Source of the DNA: Candidatus Metaruminococcus gallistercoris
GTDB taxonomy: Bacteria > Bacillota > Clostridia > Oscillospirales > Ruminococcaceae
Direction: 5' to 3'
Length of the DNA stretch: 64,000 bases
Assembly: GCA_904394975.1 (NCBI GenBank)
Contig: CAJFNQ010000017.1
Span: 91,641 to 155,640 of the forward strand
How positions within the stretch are numbered: position 1 is the first letter of the stretch; each line of letters starts with the position of its first letter. The position numbers were made by a program, and so were the translations under genes. Below the pieces are notes generated by a model that was not told the origin of the DNA, ran no database searches, and was given only the letters and a program-made list of their open reading frames with translations. Below are positions 55,608-64,000 of this stretch, one piece after another.

Positions 55608-58600
55608 TCATCCAAAAAATGACATCTGACTGGATTTTGGAATGCCTTCCAACGCACCTGCCTGCTCTAACATTTCAATAACCGATTTAGAAGCACCGGA
55701 CCGATTTTGGATTTCGTCAACTGATATATACGTTCCGCCCTTGCCAGCTTCTTCCAAGGCTGCTGCTGCGGATGCACCAACGCCTTTTAAAGCGGAAAAC
55801 GGCAAACGAATCTTCCCATCCTCTACCGCATAGAGGTTTGCTTTTGACTTATAAATGTCCACAGGCAGAAATTCGTAACCACGGCACAACATTTCATTAA
55901 TGATCAGCAGAATATTATACATATCTTCCTCTTTGACCGAACGTTCGTTTCCTTTCGCCTTTAAAGAGTCAAGATGCATTCTTGTTAAGCCCTTCCCCTT
56001 TACAGCTGCTTCAGCATCAAAATCACCGTTACGCACTGTAAAATAGGTTGCATAAAATTCAAGCGGATGATAAACCTTATACCACCCGAGCTTAATTGCC
56101 GCTGTAACATATGCCGCAGCATGCGCTTTTGGGAACATGTACTTTATCTTCATACAACTGTCAATGTACCATTGAGGAACACCATGCTCCTTCATTGCAT
56201 TGATGTGCTCTTCCGTCAGAAGTTTGGTTGCTTTTCCCTTACGGGTGATCTCCATGATTTTAAATGCCATATCCGGCTCTAGGCCCTTGTGCATCAAATA
56301 AACCATAATATTGTCACGTGTACCTATTACTTCACTGATGTCACAGGTGCCGTTTTTAATGAGATCCTGTGCATTGCCGAGCCATACATCCGTTCCGTGA
56401 GACAAACCGGAAATCTGCAGTAAATCAGAAAAACACTTTGGCTGTGAATCAAGAAGCATTTGACGAACAAACGGCGTGCCCATTTCCGGCAGTGCAAAAG
56501 TTCCTGTCTGGCTGTCAATTTCTTCCGGAGTAACGCCCAACGCTTCGGTTGATGTAAAAAGGCTAATGACTTTTTCATCGCTCATGGTTACATCCGCAAT
56601 TTTTATTCCAGTCATGTCTTCCAGATATTTATACATGGTCGGAACATCGTGCCCAAGATTATCCAGCTTCAAAATGGTATCATGGAGCGAATGGAAATCG
56701 AAATGGGTGGTTGTAATATCGCTTTCAAAATCGTCTGCCGGATGCTGAACCGGGGTAAAGTCATACACATCATAATCCGCCGGAACAACAACCATGCCGC
56801 CCGGATGCTGACCGGTCGTACGTTTTACGCCGGTACAGCCAGCTGCCAGTCTGGCTTCTTCCGCTTTATGTACGACCCTTCCATGCTCTTCCAAATATTT
56901 CAGAACAAAACCGTATGCAGTTTTTTCCGCCACCGTAGAAATCGTGCCGGCTTTGAATACATGGTCGGAACCAAAGAGTTCCTCCGTATATTTATGCGCT
57001 CGTGCCTGATATTCACCGGAGAAGTTCAAGTCAATATCCGGCGACTTGTCCCCTTTAAAGCCAAGAAATGTTTCAAATGGTATATCATGCCCTTCACGAA
57101 CCATAAACGTGCCGCATTGTGGACAATCTTTCGGAGGCAGGTCATACCCGGAACCCACTGAACCGTCGGTTATAAACTCACTGTACTGACACTTCGGGCA
57201 ATAATAGTGCGGCGGCAACGGATTTACTTCTGAAATTCCCGCCATGGTCGCCGCAAACGAGGAACCAACCGAACCACGCGAACCAACCAAATAACCATCC
57301 TCAACCGATTTCCAGACCAGCTTTTGCGCAATGATATACAAAACTGCAAATCCGTTACGGATAATGGAATCTAGTTCTTTTTTCAAACGCTCCTCAACCA
57401 GCGCCGGGAGCTGTTCGCCATAAATTTCGTGCGCTTTGCTCCAGCAAATCTGCTGAAGCTGCTCTTCAGACCCCTCAATGCTCGGCGGATAAGTCCCTTT
57501 GGGGAATGCACGCAATTCCGGGTCACACATATCCGCAATCAAGTTGGAATTGGTAATAACCACCTCACGCGCTTTTTCCTCGCCGAGGTAAGCGAATTCT
57601 TTGAGCATTTCGTCGGTCGTCCGCAGATAAAGCTGCGGCTGGTTTTCGTCCTTAAACTTAATACTGGTCAGAATCTCGCGGTAAATCGCGTCTCCCTCAT
57701 CCTGAAAATGAACGTCACAAGTCGCCACCACAGGTTTGTGAAGATAATCCCCTAACCGAACGACCGTACGGTTAAAGTCACGGAGCTGTTCTTCGTCAGC
57801 AGCTTTTCCGTTTTGAATCAAGAACAGGTTGTTCTGAATCGGCTGGATTTCAAGATAATCATAAAAATCCGCAATTTTGCAGAGCTCTTCCCAGGGGCGA
57901 CCATCAACGATTGCTGTAAACAATTCGCCGGCCTCGCACGCGCTCCCCAGAATCAGGCCATCACGCCATTTGACCAGTTCACTTTTGGGAATTCTGGGCT
58001 GGCGATAATAATACTTGATATGTCCCAGCGAAACAAGACGGTAAAGATTCTTTAGTCCCGTTTTGTTCCGCACCAGAATGATCTGATGATAAGAGCGCAG
58101 GTTGCGGAAATTCACTTCACCCGTGGATTTCGTCGCAATTTCAGAAATATTCTGAATTCCGCGTTCGTTCTGCAAACGGTTTGCGATATCGAAAAAGATT
58201 TTCGCCAGCATTTCAGCATCATCACAAGCGCGATGGTGATTAAATTCACCGAGCTTTAAATGCGCCGCTACCGTGTTGAGCTTATGGTTCTTAATTTTGT
58301 AGAGACTTTTACAGAGCGGAACAGTATCGATATAAGTATAATTGCAAGGGAACCCGCTTCGTTTAGCGGCCGCCTGAATAAAACTCATGTCGAATTTAGC
58401 GTTATGCGCGATCAACACATCATCGCCGCAAAATTCATAAAACTGTTTGAGCGCCTCTTTTTCATCCGGCGCATCGCTCACCATAGCATCCGTAATGCCT
58501 GTAAGATCTGTAATTTTACCCGGTATGGGTTTTCCGGGATTGACAAAGGTATTAAAACGGTCCAATACCTTACCGTCTTTAATTTTAACTGCGCCGATTT

Positions 58601-59987
58601 CTGTTAGGCGTTCAGACTGCACATTTAGTCCTGTTGTTTCAACGTCAAAGGAGATAAATTCATCGGTCAGCGCACAGTCTTTTTCTCCGAAAACAGCCGA
58701 TTTTGTGTCATTTCCCACTGTATCATCGACAAAATACCCTTCTACGCCATAAATTACCTTGAACTCGCCGCCTTTCGAACGAATCGAGTCAACCGTATTC
58801 ATTGCTTCCGGAAAAGCCTGTACAATACCATGATCGGTAATAGCAATCGCTTTATGTCCCCATTCGTACGCTGTTGTGATCAATTTTTCAGCACTGGTCA
58901 CCGCATCCATAGACGACATATTGGTATGTAAATGCAGTTCAACCCTTTTTTCTTCCGAACGATCTTCCCTCTTGGCCTTTTCAACCAGCATAACATCATT
59001 CGGCCGTACCACAATATCACGGTCATACTTGTCGTACATGACTTCGCCGCGAAGCAGCAAAGTAGAACCCTTTTTAATCTTTTCAAAGCTTTCCGCGCTT
59101 TTTTTATCGGTAATTACTTTTAAAGCGATTGAACTTGTATAATCAGTGATAGAATAACTCAAAATCGCTGTCTTTCCATCACGCGAAAGACGACTGTCGC
59201 TTGAAAAAACATCGCCCCAAATAATCACACGGCCGCTTTCCTGAGAAAGATCAGCAATGCGGACCGGCGTTCCCTGAAATTTGCGGCCGGTAATCAAAGT
59301 AGCATGATTCGTTTTAATGGGAAGATTTTGAAATGAAACCTTTAAGTCAACCGTCTGCTCCGAATGGCTGGTTTTGGACGAATTTCCTTCACTATATCCA
59401 ACAGGAACTGTCTGATTAATCGGTTCGGGCGGAACATCCGCATCCATCGGAAAGGGCGGATTCTCTTCAGGAGGAAGATCTTCCAAAAGCTTTTGATGTT
59501 CTTCCAGTGTTTTGGTTACAATCCCGGTAAATTCTACCTCGATTGGAAAGCTAAATTCTTCCAAAATGATTTTTTTAATTTCCAAATCGGTCTTCGCATT
59601 CTGTAAAAGCTGAAGGCCGCCGTTTTTTAGCTCAATTTTTAAGGTGTTTCCGTTATATTCAGCGGTAGAATTGTCAAAATATCCATTTACAACACTAACA
59701 CGCTTCTTAAGCAATGCAACAATTTCCGAAAAATAGTCCGCAGAAAAAAGGTCAGGCGTATATTTCGGATGGATAGAAAAACTGGAAAGGCCCAATTTTT
59801 TTACGATTATCTGTTCATTTTCAAAGATGTCACTTCGTTTGATCAGCGCAGGAAAAATGACTTCACAAGACATTGCCGACTGTTTGCGATCAAAGTCAAT
59901 GCTTAAAACCCTTGCATTTGCAAACGAATCCTTTAATTCTTCCTGTGAAAAACATGTGCCAAACAGTTCGTTAAATTCCTGCGCCAT
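55608..59987 (-). CDS. polC: DNA polymerase III, PolC type
   Basis: 1459 aa, with the PHP domain split by a DEDDh 3'-5' exonuclease (FDVETTGL), a zinc motif (CPKCQYSEF...CPQCG), and the polymerase core. Confidence 0.98.
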   Translation of the reverse strand: MAQEFNELFGTCFSQEELKDSFANARVLSIDFDRKQSAMSCEVIFPALIKRSDIFENEQIIVKKLGLSSFSIHPKYTPDLFSADYFSEIVALLKKRVSVVNGYFDNSTAEYNGNTLKIELKNGGLQLLQNAKTDLEIKKIILEEFSFPIEVEFTGIVTKTLEEHQKLLEDLPPEENPPFPMDADVPPEPINQTVPVGYSEGNSSKTSHSEQTVDLKVSFQNLPIKTNHATLITGRKFQGTPVRIADLSQESGRVIIWGDVFSSDSRLSRDGKTAILSYSITDYTSSIALKVITDKKSAESFEKIKKGSTLLLRGEVMYDKYDRDIVVRPNDVMLVEKAKREDRSEEKRVELHLHTNMSSMDAVTSAEKLITTAYEWGHKAIAITDHGIVQAFPEAMNTVDSIRSKGGEFKVIYGVEGYFVDDTVGNDTKSAVFGEKDCALTDEFISFDVETTGLNVQSERLTEIGAVKIKDGKVLDRFNTFVNPGKPIPGKITDLTGITDAMVSDAPDEKEALKQFYEFCGDDVLIAHNAKFDMSFIQAAAKRSGFPCNYTYIDTVPLCKSLYKIKNHKLNTVAAHLKLGEFNHHRACDDAEMLAKIFFDIANRLQNERGIQNISEIATKSTGEVNFRNLRSYHQIILVRNKTGLKNLYRLVSLGHIKYYYRQPRIPKSELVKWRDGLILGSACEAGELFTAIVDGRPWEELCKIADFYDYLEIQPIQNNLFLIQNGKAADEEQLRDFNRTVVRLGDYLHKPVVATCDVHFQDEGDAIYREILTSIKFKDENQPQLYLRTTDEMLKEFAYLGEEKAREVVITNSNLIADMCDPELRAFPKGTYPPSIEGSEEQLQQICWSKAHEIYGEQLPALVEERLKKELDSIIRNGFAVLYIIAQKLVWKSVEDGYLVGSRGSVGSSFAATMAGISEVNPLPPHYYCPKCQYSEFITDGSVGSGYDLPPKDCPQCGTFMVREGHDIPFETFLGFKGDKSPDIDLNFSGEYQARAHKYTEELFGSDHVFKAGTISTVAEKTAYGFVLKYLEEHGRVVHKAEEARLAAGCTGVKRTTGQHPGGMVVVPADYDVYDFTPVQHPADDFESDITTTHFDFHSLHDTILKLDNLGHDVPTMYKYLEDMTGIKIADVTMSDEKVISLFTSTEALGVTPEEIDSQTGTFALPEMGTPFVRQMLLDSQPKCFSDLLQISGLSHGTDVWLGNAQDLIKNGTCDISEVIGTRDNIMVYLMHKGLEPDMAFKIMEITRKGKATKLLTEEHINAMKEHGVPQWYIDSCMKIKYMFPKAHAAAYVTAAIKLGWYKVYHPLEFYATYFTVRNGDFDAEAAVKGKGLTRMHLDSLKAKGNERSVKEEDMYNILLIINEMLCRGYEFLPVDIYKSKANLYAVEDGKIRLPFSALKGVGASAAAALEEAGKGGTYISVDEIQNRSGASKSVIEMLEQAGALEGIPKSSQMSFFG

Positions 59988-60045
59988 AACAATCTCCTTT
60001 TATAACTCAAACAAAGCAGGCCTCCAAAGAAGCCCGCTTGTAGTT

Positions 60046-61104
60046 TTACATTTGTTCAATTTCATCCAGCAAAGTTTGTTCAATATCGCGCTCGTCTATT
60101 TTTTTTATGATTTCCCCTTTTTTAAACAAAACCGCGCAACCATCGCCACCAGCAATGCCGATATCCGCATCCCGCGCTTCGCCGGGACCATTTACCACGC
60201 ACCCCATAATAGCTACTTTTAACGGCTTTTTACATCCGGCTAATGCTGTTTCCACTCGGTTTGCCAAATGAATCAAATCAATTTTCGTTCTTCCGCAGGT
60301 TGGGCAAGAAACAAAATTGATTCCTTCGTTGTGTTTTCCAATACTACGTAAAATATCCTGCGCAGCATATACCTCATGAACCGGGTCGGCCGTTAACGAT
60401 ACGCGAATGGTATCACCAATGCCATCCAGCAAAAGAGAACCAATACCAATTGCCGATTTGATCGCGCCCATCCGTTCGGTCCCCGCTTCCGTCACACCAA
60501 GATGAAGCGGATACGGACAGCGCTCTGCCAATTTCCGGTACGCAGCAACCGTTGTTGCAACATCAGAACATTTGACCGAAATCACAATTTGATCGAAGTC
60601 ATATCGGTTCAACAACGAGACATGATAAAGCGCACTATCAACCAATGCGTCCGGAGTCGGCGCACCATACTTTGCAAGAATCTCTTTTTCAAGTGACCCC
60701 GCGTTCACGCCAATACGAATCGGCACATTAGCATTTGCGCATGCGGTAGCAACCGCCTTTACCCGATCGTCACTCCCGATATTGCCGGGATTGATCCGCA
60801 CTTTATCCACACCGGCTTTCACGCACTCTAATGCTAGTTTATAATCAAAATGAATATCAGCTACCAACGGAATGGATATTTTCGACTTAATTGCATCCAC
60901 TAAACGCACGGCTTCCATATCCGGAACCGCAACGCGTACAATTTCACAACCCGCCTGTTCCAGTGCTATTGCCTGGCTCACATTTCTTTCTACATCATTC
61001 GCAGGCACATTAAGCATAGACTGAATATAAATATGCCCATTTCCAAAAGTCAGATCATTCAGTTTTACCGGAAGGACTTGCCTTTTACCATCCATACAAC
61101 TCAC
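60046..61104 (-). CDS. ispG: 4-hydroxy-3-methylbut-2-en-1-yl diphosphate synthase
   Basis: VRINPGNIG, SCPTCGRT and MGCVVNGPGE motifs. Confidence 0.96.
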   Translation of the reverse strand: MSCMDGKRQVLPVKLNDLTFGNGHIYIQSMLNVPANDVERNVSQAIALEQAGCEIVRVAVPDMEAVRLVDAIKSKISIPLVADIHFDYKLALECVKAGVDKVRINPGNIGSDDRVKAVATACANANVPIRIGVNAGSLEKEILAKYGAPTPDALVDSALYHVSLLNRYDFDQIVISVKCSDVATTVAAYRKLAERCPYPLHLGVTEAGTERMGAIKSAIGIGSLLLDGIGDTIRVSLTADPVHEVYAAQDILRSIGKHNEGINFVSCPTCGRTKIDLIHLANRVETALAGCKKPLKVAIMGCVVNGPGEARDADIGIAGGDGCAVLFKKGEIIKKIDERDIEQTLLDEIEQM

Positions 61105-62132
61105 CCGTTAAACAATTTAAACACATCATTAAATGATACAAACAGCATTAAAGCCATTAACAAACCTAATCCAACCAGATTAATCACAGCTTCATATTTA
61201 CGATTAAACGGTTTTTTACGAATTCCTTCAAAAATCAGCACAAAAAAGCGCCAGCCATCCAACGCTGGGAAAGGAATCAGATTAAATATACCAACATTGA
61301 TTGAAATAAAAGCTGCAATATTAAGCACAGAAGCAAGCCCCAGACTGATTGTTTGGCCAATCACCTGTCCTGCCCCAATGGGTCCTGACAGCTCGTTAAT
61401 TCCTACGTTTCCTGTCAGCATATCAATAAAGGTAACCCAGATGGAACGCCCATAAGACAGCGTTTTATTAAACGCCATTTTGATTACAGAGAAAAAATCT
61501 TTTTCGATAGCCTGCACCTTAAAGTCAATGTCAATTTGAGGTGTTCCGTCTACCTCTGTCACATTAAACCGGACATCCTCCAGATGAACTTTTTCTCCAT
61601 CCCTCAAAACATCAAAATCCGCTATGCCATCCTCGGCACGAAGCAAGGCATAAATAATATCGTTATCAACTAAAATACTGGTTCCATTGATGGACAGTAT
61701 TTCATCGCCTACCTGTAATCCACTTTGATTGCTCACAGCATTGTCATTAAAACGGGCAATCACATTCGAACCGTTTAACGGAGTCATGCAGACAACAACA
61801 ACCAAAACAAGAAAACCGAGCAGCAGATTCATAAGAGGGCCGGTAATAATAACCAACATTCTCTGCCAAACCGGCTTATTGCAAAAAGCATTTTTTTCTC
61901 CGGAAGCCTCATCTTCCCCTTCCATGCTGACAAAACCGCCGATCGGCAAGGCACGCAACGCGTATTTGGTTTCTTTCCCCTGCCATTTTATGAGCGTAGG
62001 CCCCATTCCCATTGCGAATTCATTGACCTTCACTTTACAGGCTTTTGCCACCAAAAAATGCCCAAGCTCATGAATAAAAATTAAAACGCCAAAAATAAGA
62101 ATGGTTACTAAAATGGTCACAACAATATTCAA
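61101..62132 (-). CDS. rseP: RIP metalloprotease RseP (site-2 protease)
   Basis: HELGHF zinc motif, a single PDZ domain, and a NLIPFPALDG motif. Confidence 0.94.
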   Translation of the reverse strand: MNIVVTILVTILIFGVLIFIHELGHFLVAKACKVKVNEFAMGMGPTLIKWQGKETKYALRALPIGGFVSMEGEDEASGEKNAFCNKPVWQRMLVIITGPLMNLLLGFLVLVVVVCMTPLNGSNVIARFNDNAVSNQSGLQVGDEILSINGTSILVDNDIIYALLRAEDGIADFDVLRDGEKVHLEDVRFNVTEVDGTPQIDIDFKVQAIEKDFFSVIKMAFNKTLSYGRSIWVTFIDMLTGNVGINELSGPIGAGQVIGQTISLGLASVLNIAAFISINVGIFNLIPFPALDGWRFFVLIFEGIRKKPFNRKYEAVINLVGLGLLMALMLFVSFNDVFKLFNG

Positions 62133-62136
62133 ACGC

Positions 62137-63294
62137 TTAATTCAACTCCTTATAATGTGACAGAACATACTGTCTTGCGAGATGATCCGCCATATCAATC
62201 AGATCAGGCGTAATATTATTATGCTCCAGTTTCAGTTGTAATACGTTACGAACCAGTTTCCCAATTGTTAAAAAAGATATTTTCCGTTTCAAAAACAATT
62301 GAACCGCCTGTTCATTTGCTCCATTTACCAATGTAGGATACAGACCACCTTTTTCCAAAGCTTCATAGCAAGCCTTTAAACAGACGAAAGTATCCATATC
62401 AGGTTTCGCAAAACTCAATGTTCCATAGTCCGTCAACGAAAGAGGCTTTACAGAACAAGGGACCCGTTTAGGATACGTTAAAGCATATTGTATCGGCAGC
62501 TTCATGTTCGGAGTACCAAGCTGCGCAATCACAGAATGGTCACAAAACTCCACTGCCGAATGGACAACACTTTCACGGTGAACAACAATCTCCACATCGC
62601 TTGCCTGGCACCCAAACAGCCAAACCGCTTCAATCAATTCCAAGCCTTTATTCATTAATGTAGCGGAATCAACAGTAATTTTGGCACCCATATTCCAATT
62701 AGGATGCTTTAGTGTATCCTCCACAGTAACCGAAGCAAGCTCAGGGACGGTTTTTCCATAAAAAGGTCCGCCGGACGCCGTAAGAATGATTTTTTGAAGT
62801 GCTCCCTTGGGAGCCCCCTGCAAACATTGGAAAATTGCGGAATGTTCACTGTCAACCGGCAAAATGGAAACACCATGTTTTTTAGCTTCACTCAATACAA
62901 TTTGCCCACCGGTAACCAGAGTTTCCTTATTGGCAAGCGCAATTTCCTTCCCCGCGGCAATTGCCGCCAAGGTCGGACGCAGACCAACCATTCCAACAAC
63001 AGCGTTTAAAACAATCTCGGCGGAAGATAATTCCGCTGTCTGGCACAAGCCTTCCAAACCGGTTACAACACGAATTCCCGTTCCAAACAATCTATTTTTT
63101 AATTCATCATAATAATCGGCATTAAAAACGCAGACAAGTTCAGGTTTTAACTGTCTTGCCTGCGCTTCCAGCAAATTAATATTTGAATGAGCTGCCAGAC
63201 CAGTTACCCGGAACTTATTTTCCTGCGCTACTTCAATGGCTTGGGTGCCAATTGAACCGGTAGACCCCAAAATACTAATTGATTTCATACTCAT
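62137..63294 (-). CDS. dxr: 1-deoxy-D-xylulose 5-phosphate reductoisomerase
   Basis: ILGSTGSIG, LANKE, PVDSEH and NAANE-like (GANEQAV) motifs. Confidence 0.97.
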   Translation of the reverse strand: MSMKSISILGSTGSIGTQAIEVAQENKFRVTGLAAHSNINLLEAQARQLKPELVCVFNADYYDELKNRLFGTGIRVVTGLEGLCQTAELSSAEIVLNAVVGMVGLRPTLAAIAAGKEIALANKETLVTGGQIVLSEAKKHGVSILPVDSEHSAIFQCLQGAPKGALQKIILTASGGPFYGKTVPELASVTVEDTLKHPNWNMGAKITVDSATLMNKGLELIEAVWLFGCQASDVEIVVHRESVVHSAVEFCDHSVIAQLGTPNMKLPIQYALTYPKRVPCSVKPLSLTDYGTLSFAKPDMDTFVCLKACYEALEKGGLYPTLVNGANEQAVQLFLKRKISFLTIGKLVRNVLQLKLEHNNITPDLIDMADHLARQYVLSHYKELN

Positions 63295-63297
63295 CCC

Positions 63298-64000
63298 TTA
63301 CGATATCAATGTAACGATCGGATAAATGTTAAACACCAGATAAAACAACGGAGCAACCAGTAAAATACTGTCAAAGCGGTCTAATACACCGCCGTGTCCT
63401 GGTAAAATCGTACCAAAATCCTTAATCATAAACTGCCGTTTCATCAAGGATGCGGTCAAATCGCCAAAAATGCTAACCACAGCGCCTACCAGCGCCAAAA
63501 CCGAAAGCCAAATATAATCCACAGCAACCGGTGTGCCGCTGTTTGCCTGAACCGCACTATAAATTAACGCCACCAATAGACAACCAACCGGTGCAAAAAT
63601 AAGCGCGCCAATGCATCCTTCTACAGTTTTTTTAGGACTAATTGTTGGCGCAAAACGGTGTTTGCCCAAAAAGCGTCCAACAAAATATCCGCCACAATCA
63701 GCAAGCCAAGCTGCGGCAAAAACGATCAATATATAGAACAAGCTATGATCCGGATGTCTGTCACGAATTAAGACTAACGTACTTAATCCAAGCGGAATCA
63801 AAAAAGACACCATAAAAGTAAGCCCTAATTGATCCGGCTTAATGTTTTTTCGCAACGCCATATAGACAATGAGCAAAAGAAGAATGTAACCAAAAAAGCC
63901 GTAGCCGATATAGGGTTTAACAACATCCATATTAAAAAATGGAATAGCTGCAGAAAAAATCATAGCAAGCAGCATCAATATCTTACTTTTGATCTGTTTT
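63298..64000 (-). CDS. cdsA: Phosphatidate cytidylyltransferase (5' end probably outside the window)
   Basis: KRQFMIKDFGTILPGHGGVLDRFDS is the CdsA signature. The frame remains open to the window edge. Confidence 0.9.
   Translation of the reverse strand, partial: KQIKSKILMLLAMIFSAAIPFFNMDVVKPYIGYGFFGYILLLLIVYMALRKNIKPDQLGLTFMVSFLIPLGLSTLVLIRDRHPDHSLFYILIVFAAAWLADCGGYFVGRFLGKHRFAPTISPKKTVEGCIGALIFAPVGCLLVALIYSAVQANSGTPVAVDYIWLSVLALVGAVVSIFGDLTASLMKRQFMIKDFGTILPGHGGVLDRFDSILLVAPLFYLVFNIYPIVTLIS

Noticed and set aside
59995-60045. Hairpin AAGCGGGC-loop-GCCTGCTT (minus strand) after ispG as a terminator before polC
   Set aside because: The 8-bp stem contains a G-U pair and is not followed by a convincing U-tract. 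At best it is a weak attenuator, so it is not called.
1-64000. Search for rRNA, tRNA, tmRNA, CRISPR arrays and IS elements
   Set aside because: All intergenic gaps are short (at most about 260 bp) and are accounted for by promoters, leaders and terminators. I saw no cloverleaf-like sequences, no regularly spaced repeats and no transposase-like ORFs.

Overview
Chromosomal segment of a low-GC, spore-forming Firmicute that looks Clostridia-like. The taxon is inferred from gene content only. About 70 protein genes are tightly packed, mostly on the minus strand, and almost all are recognisable housekeeping or sporulation genes. In order: gatA(partial)-gatB; an aldo/keto reductase; a Xer-type tyrosine recombinase; the class III heat-shock operon ctsR-mcsA-mcsB-clpC with its CtsR operators; an AKR/Fe-S oxidoreductase; an accessory block (10.4-15.9 kb) with two tandem MacB-architecture NBD-FtsX fused ABC proteins and two small secreted proteins; yunB; mutS2; the Bacillus-like block yqfC-yqfD-phoH-ybeY-dgkA-era-yqzL-recO; ylbJ; mini-RNase III; a YitT-family protein; DnaD-domain protein plus DnaI-like loader; obg; rplU-prp-rpmA with a structured leader; spoIIIAA-AH; aroF-aroB-aroA-aroC; yebC; a HAD hydrolase; ACT-hom-thrB-ask; a complete his operon (hisZGDCBHAFIE); polC; ispG-rseP-dxr-cdsA(partial). 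I saw no rRNA, tRNA, CRISPR array, transposase or prophage genes. Three things stand out. (1) A 37-codon leader ORF with 12 Phe and 2 Tyr codons, followed by an intrinsic terminator, sits just upstream of the aro operon. This is a candidate ribosome-mediated Phe attenuator. (2) In the accessory ABC locus, both secreted-protein genes carry homologous promoter/leader modules with a conserved SD + 'MGV' mini-ORF. (3) An unlisted 44-codon Cys/Gly-rich membrane peptide gene lies next to the ctsR promoter. All family calls come from reading the translated ORFs and motifs by eye. No database search or folding calculation was run.
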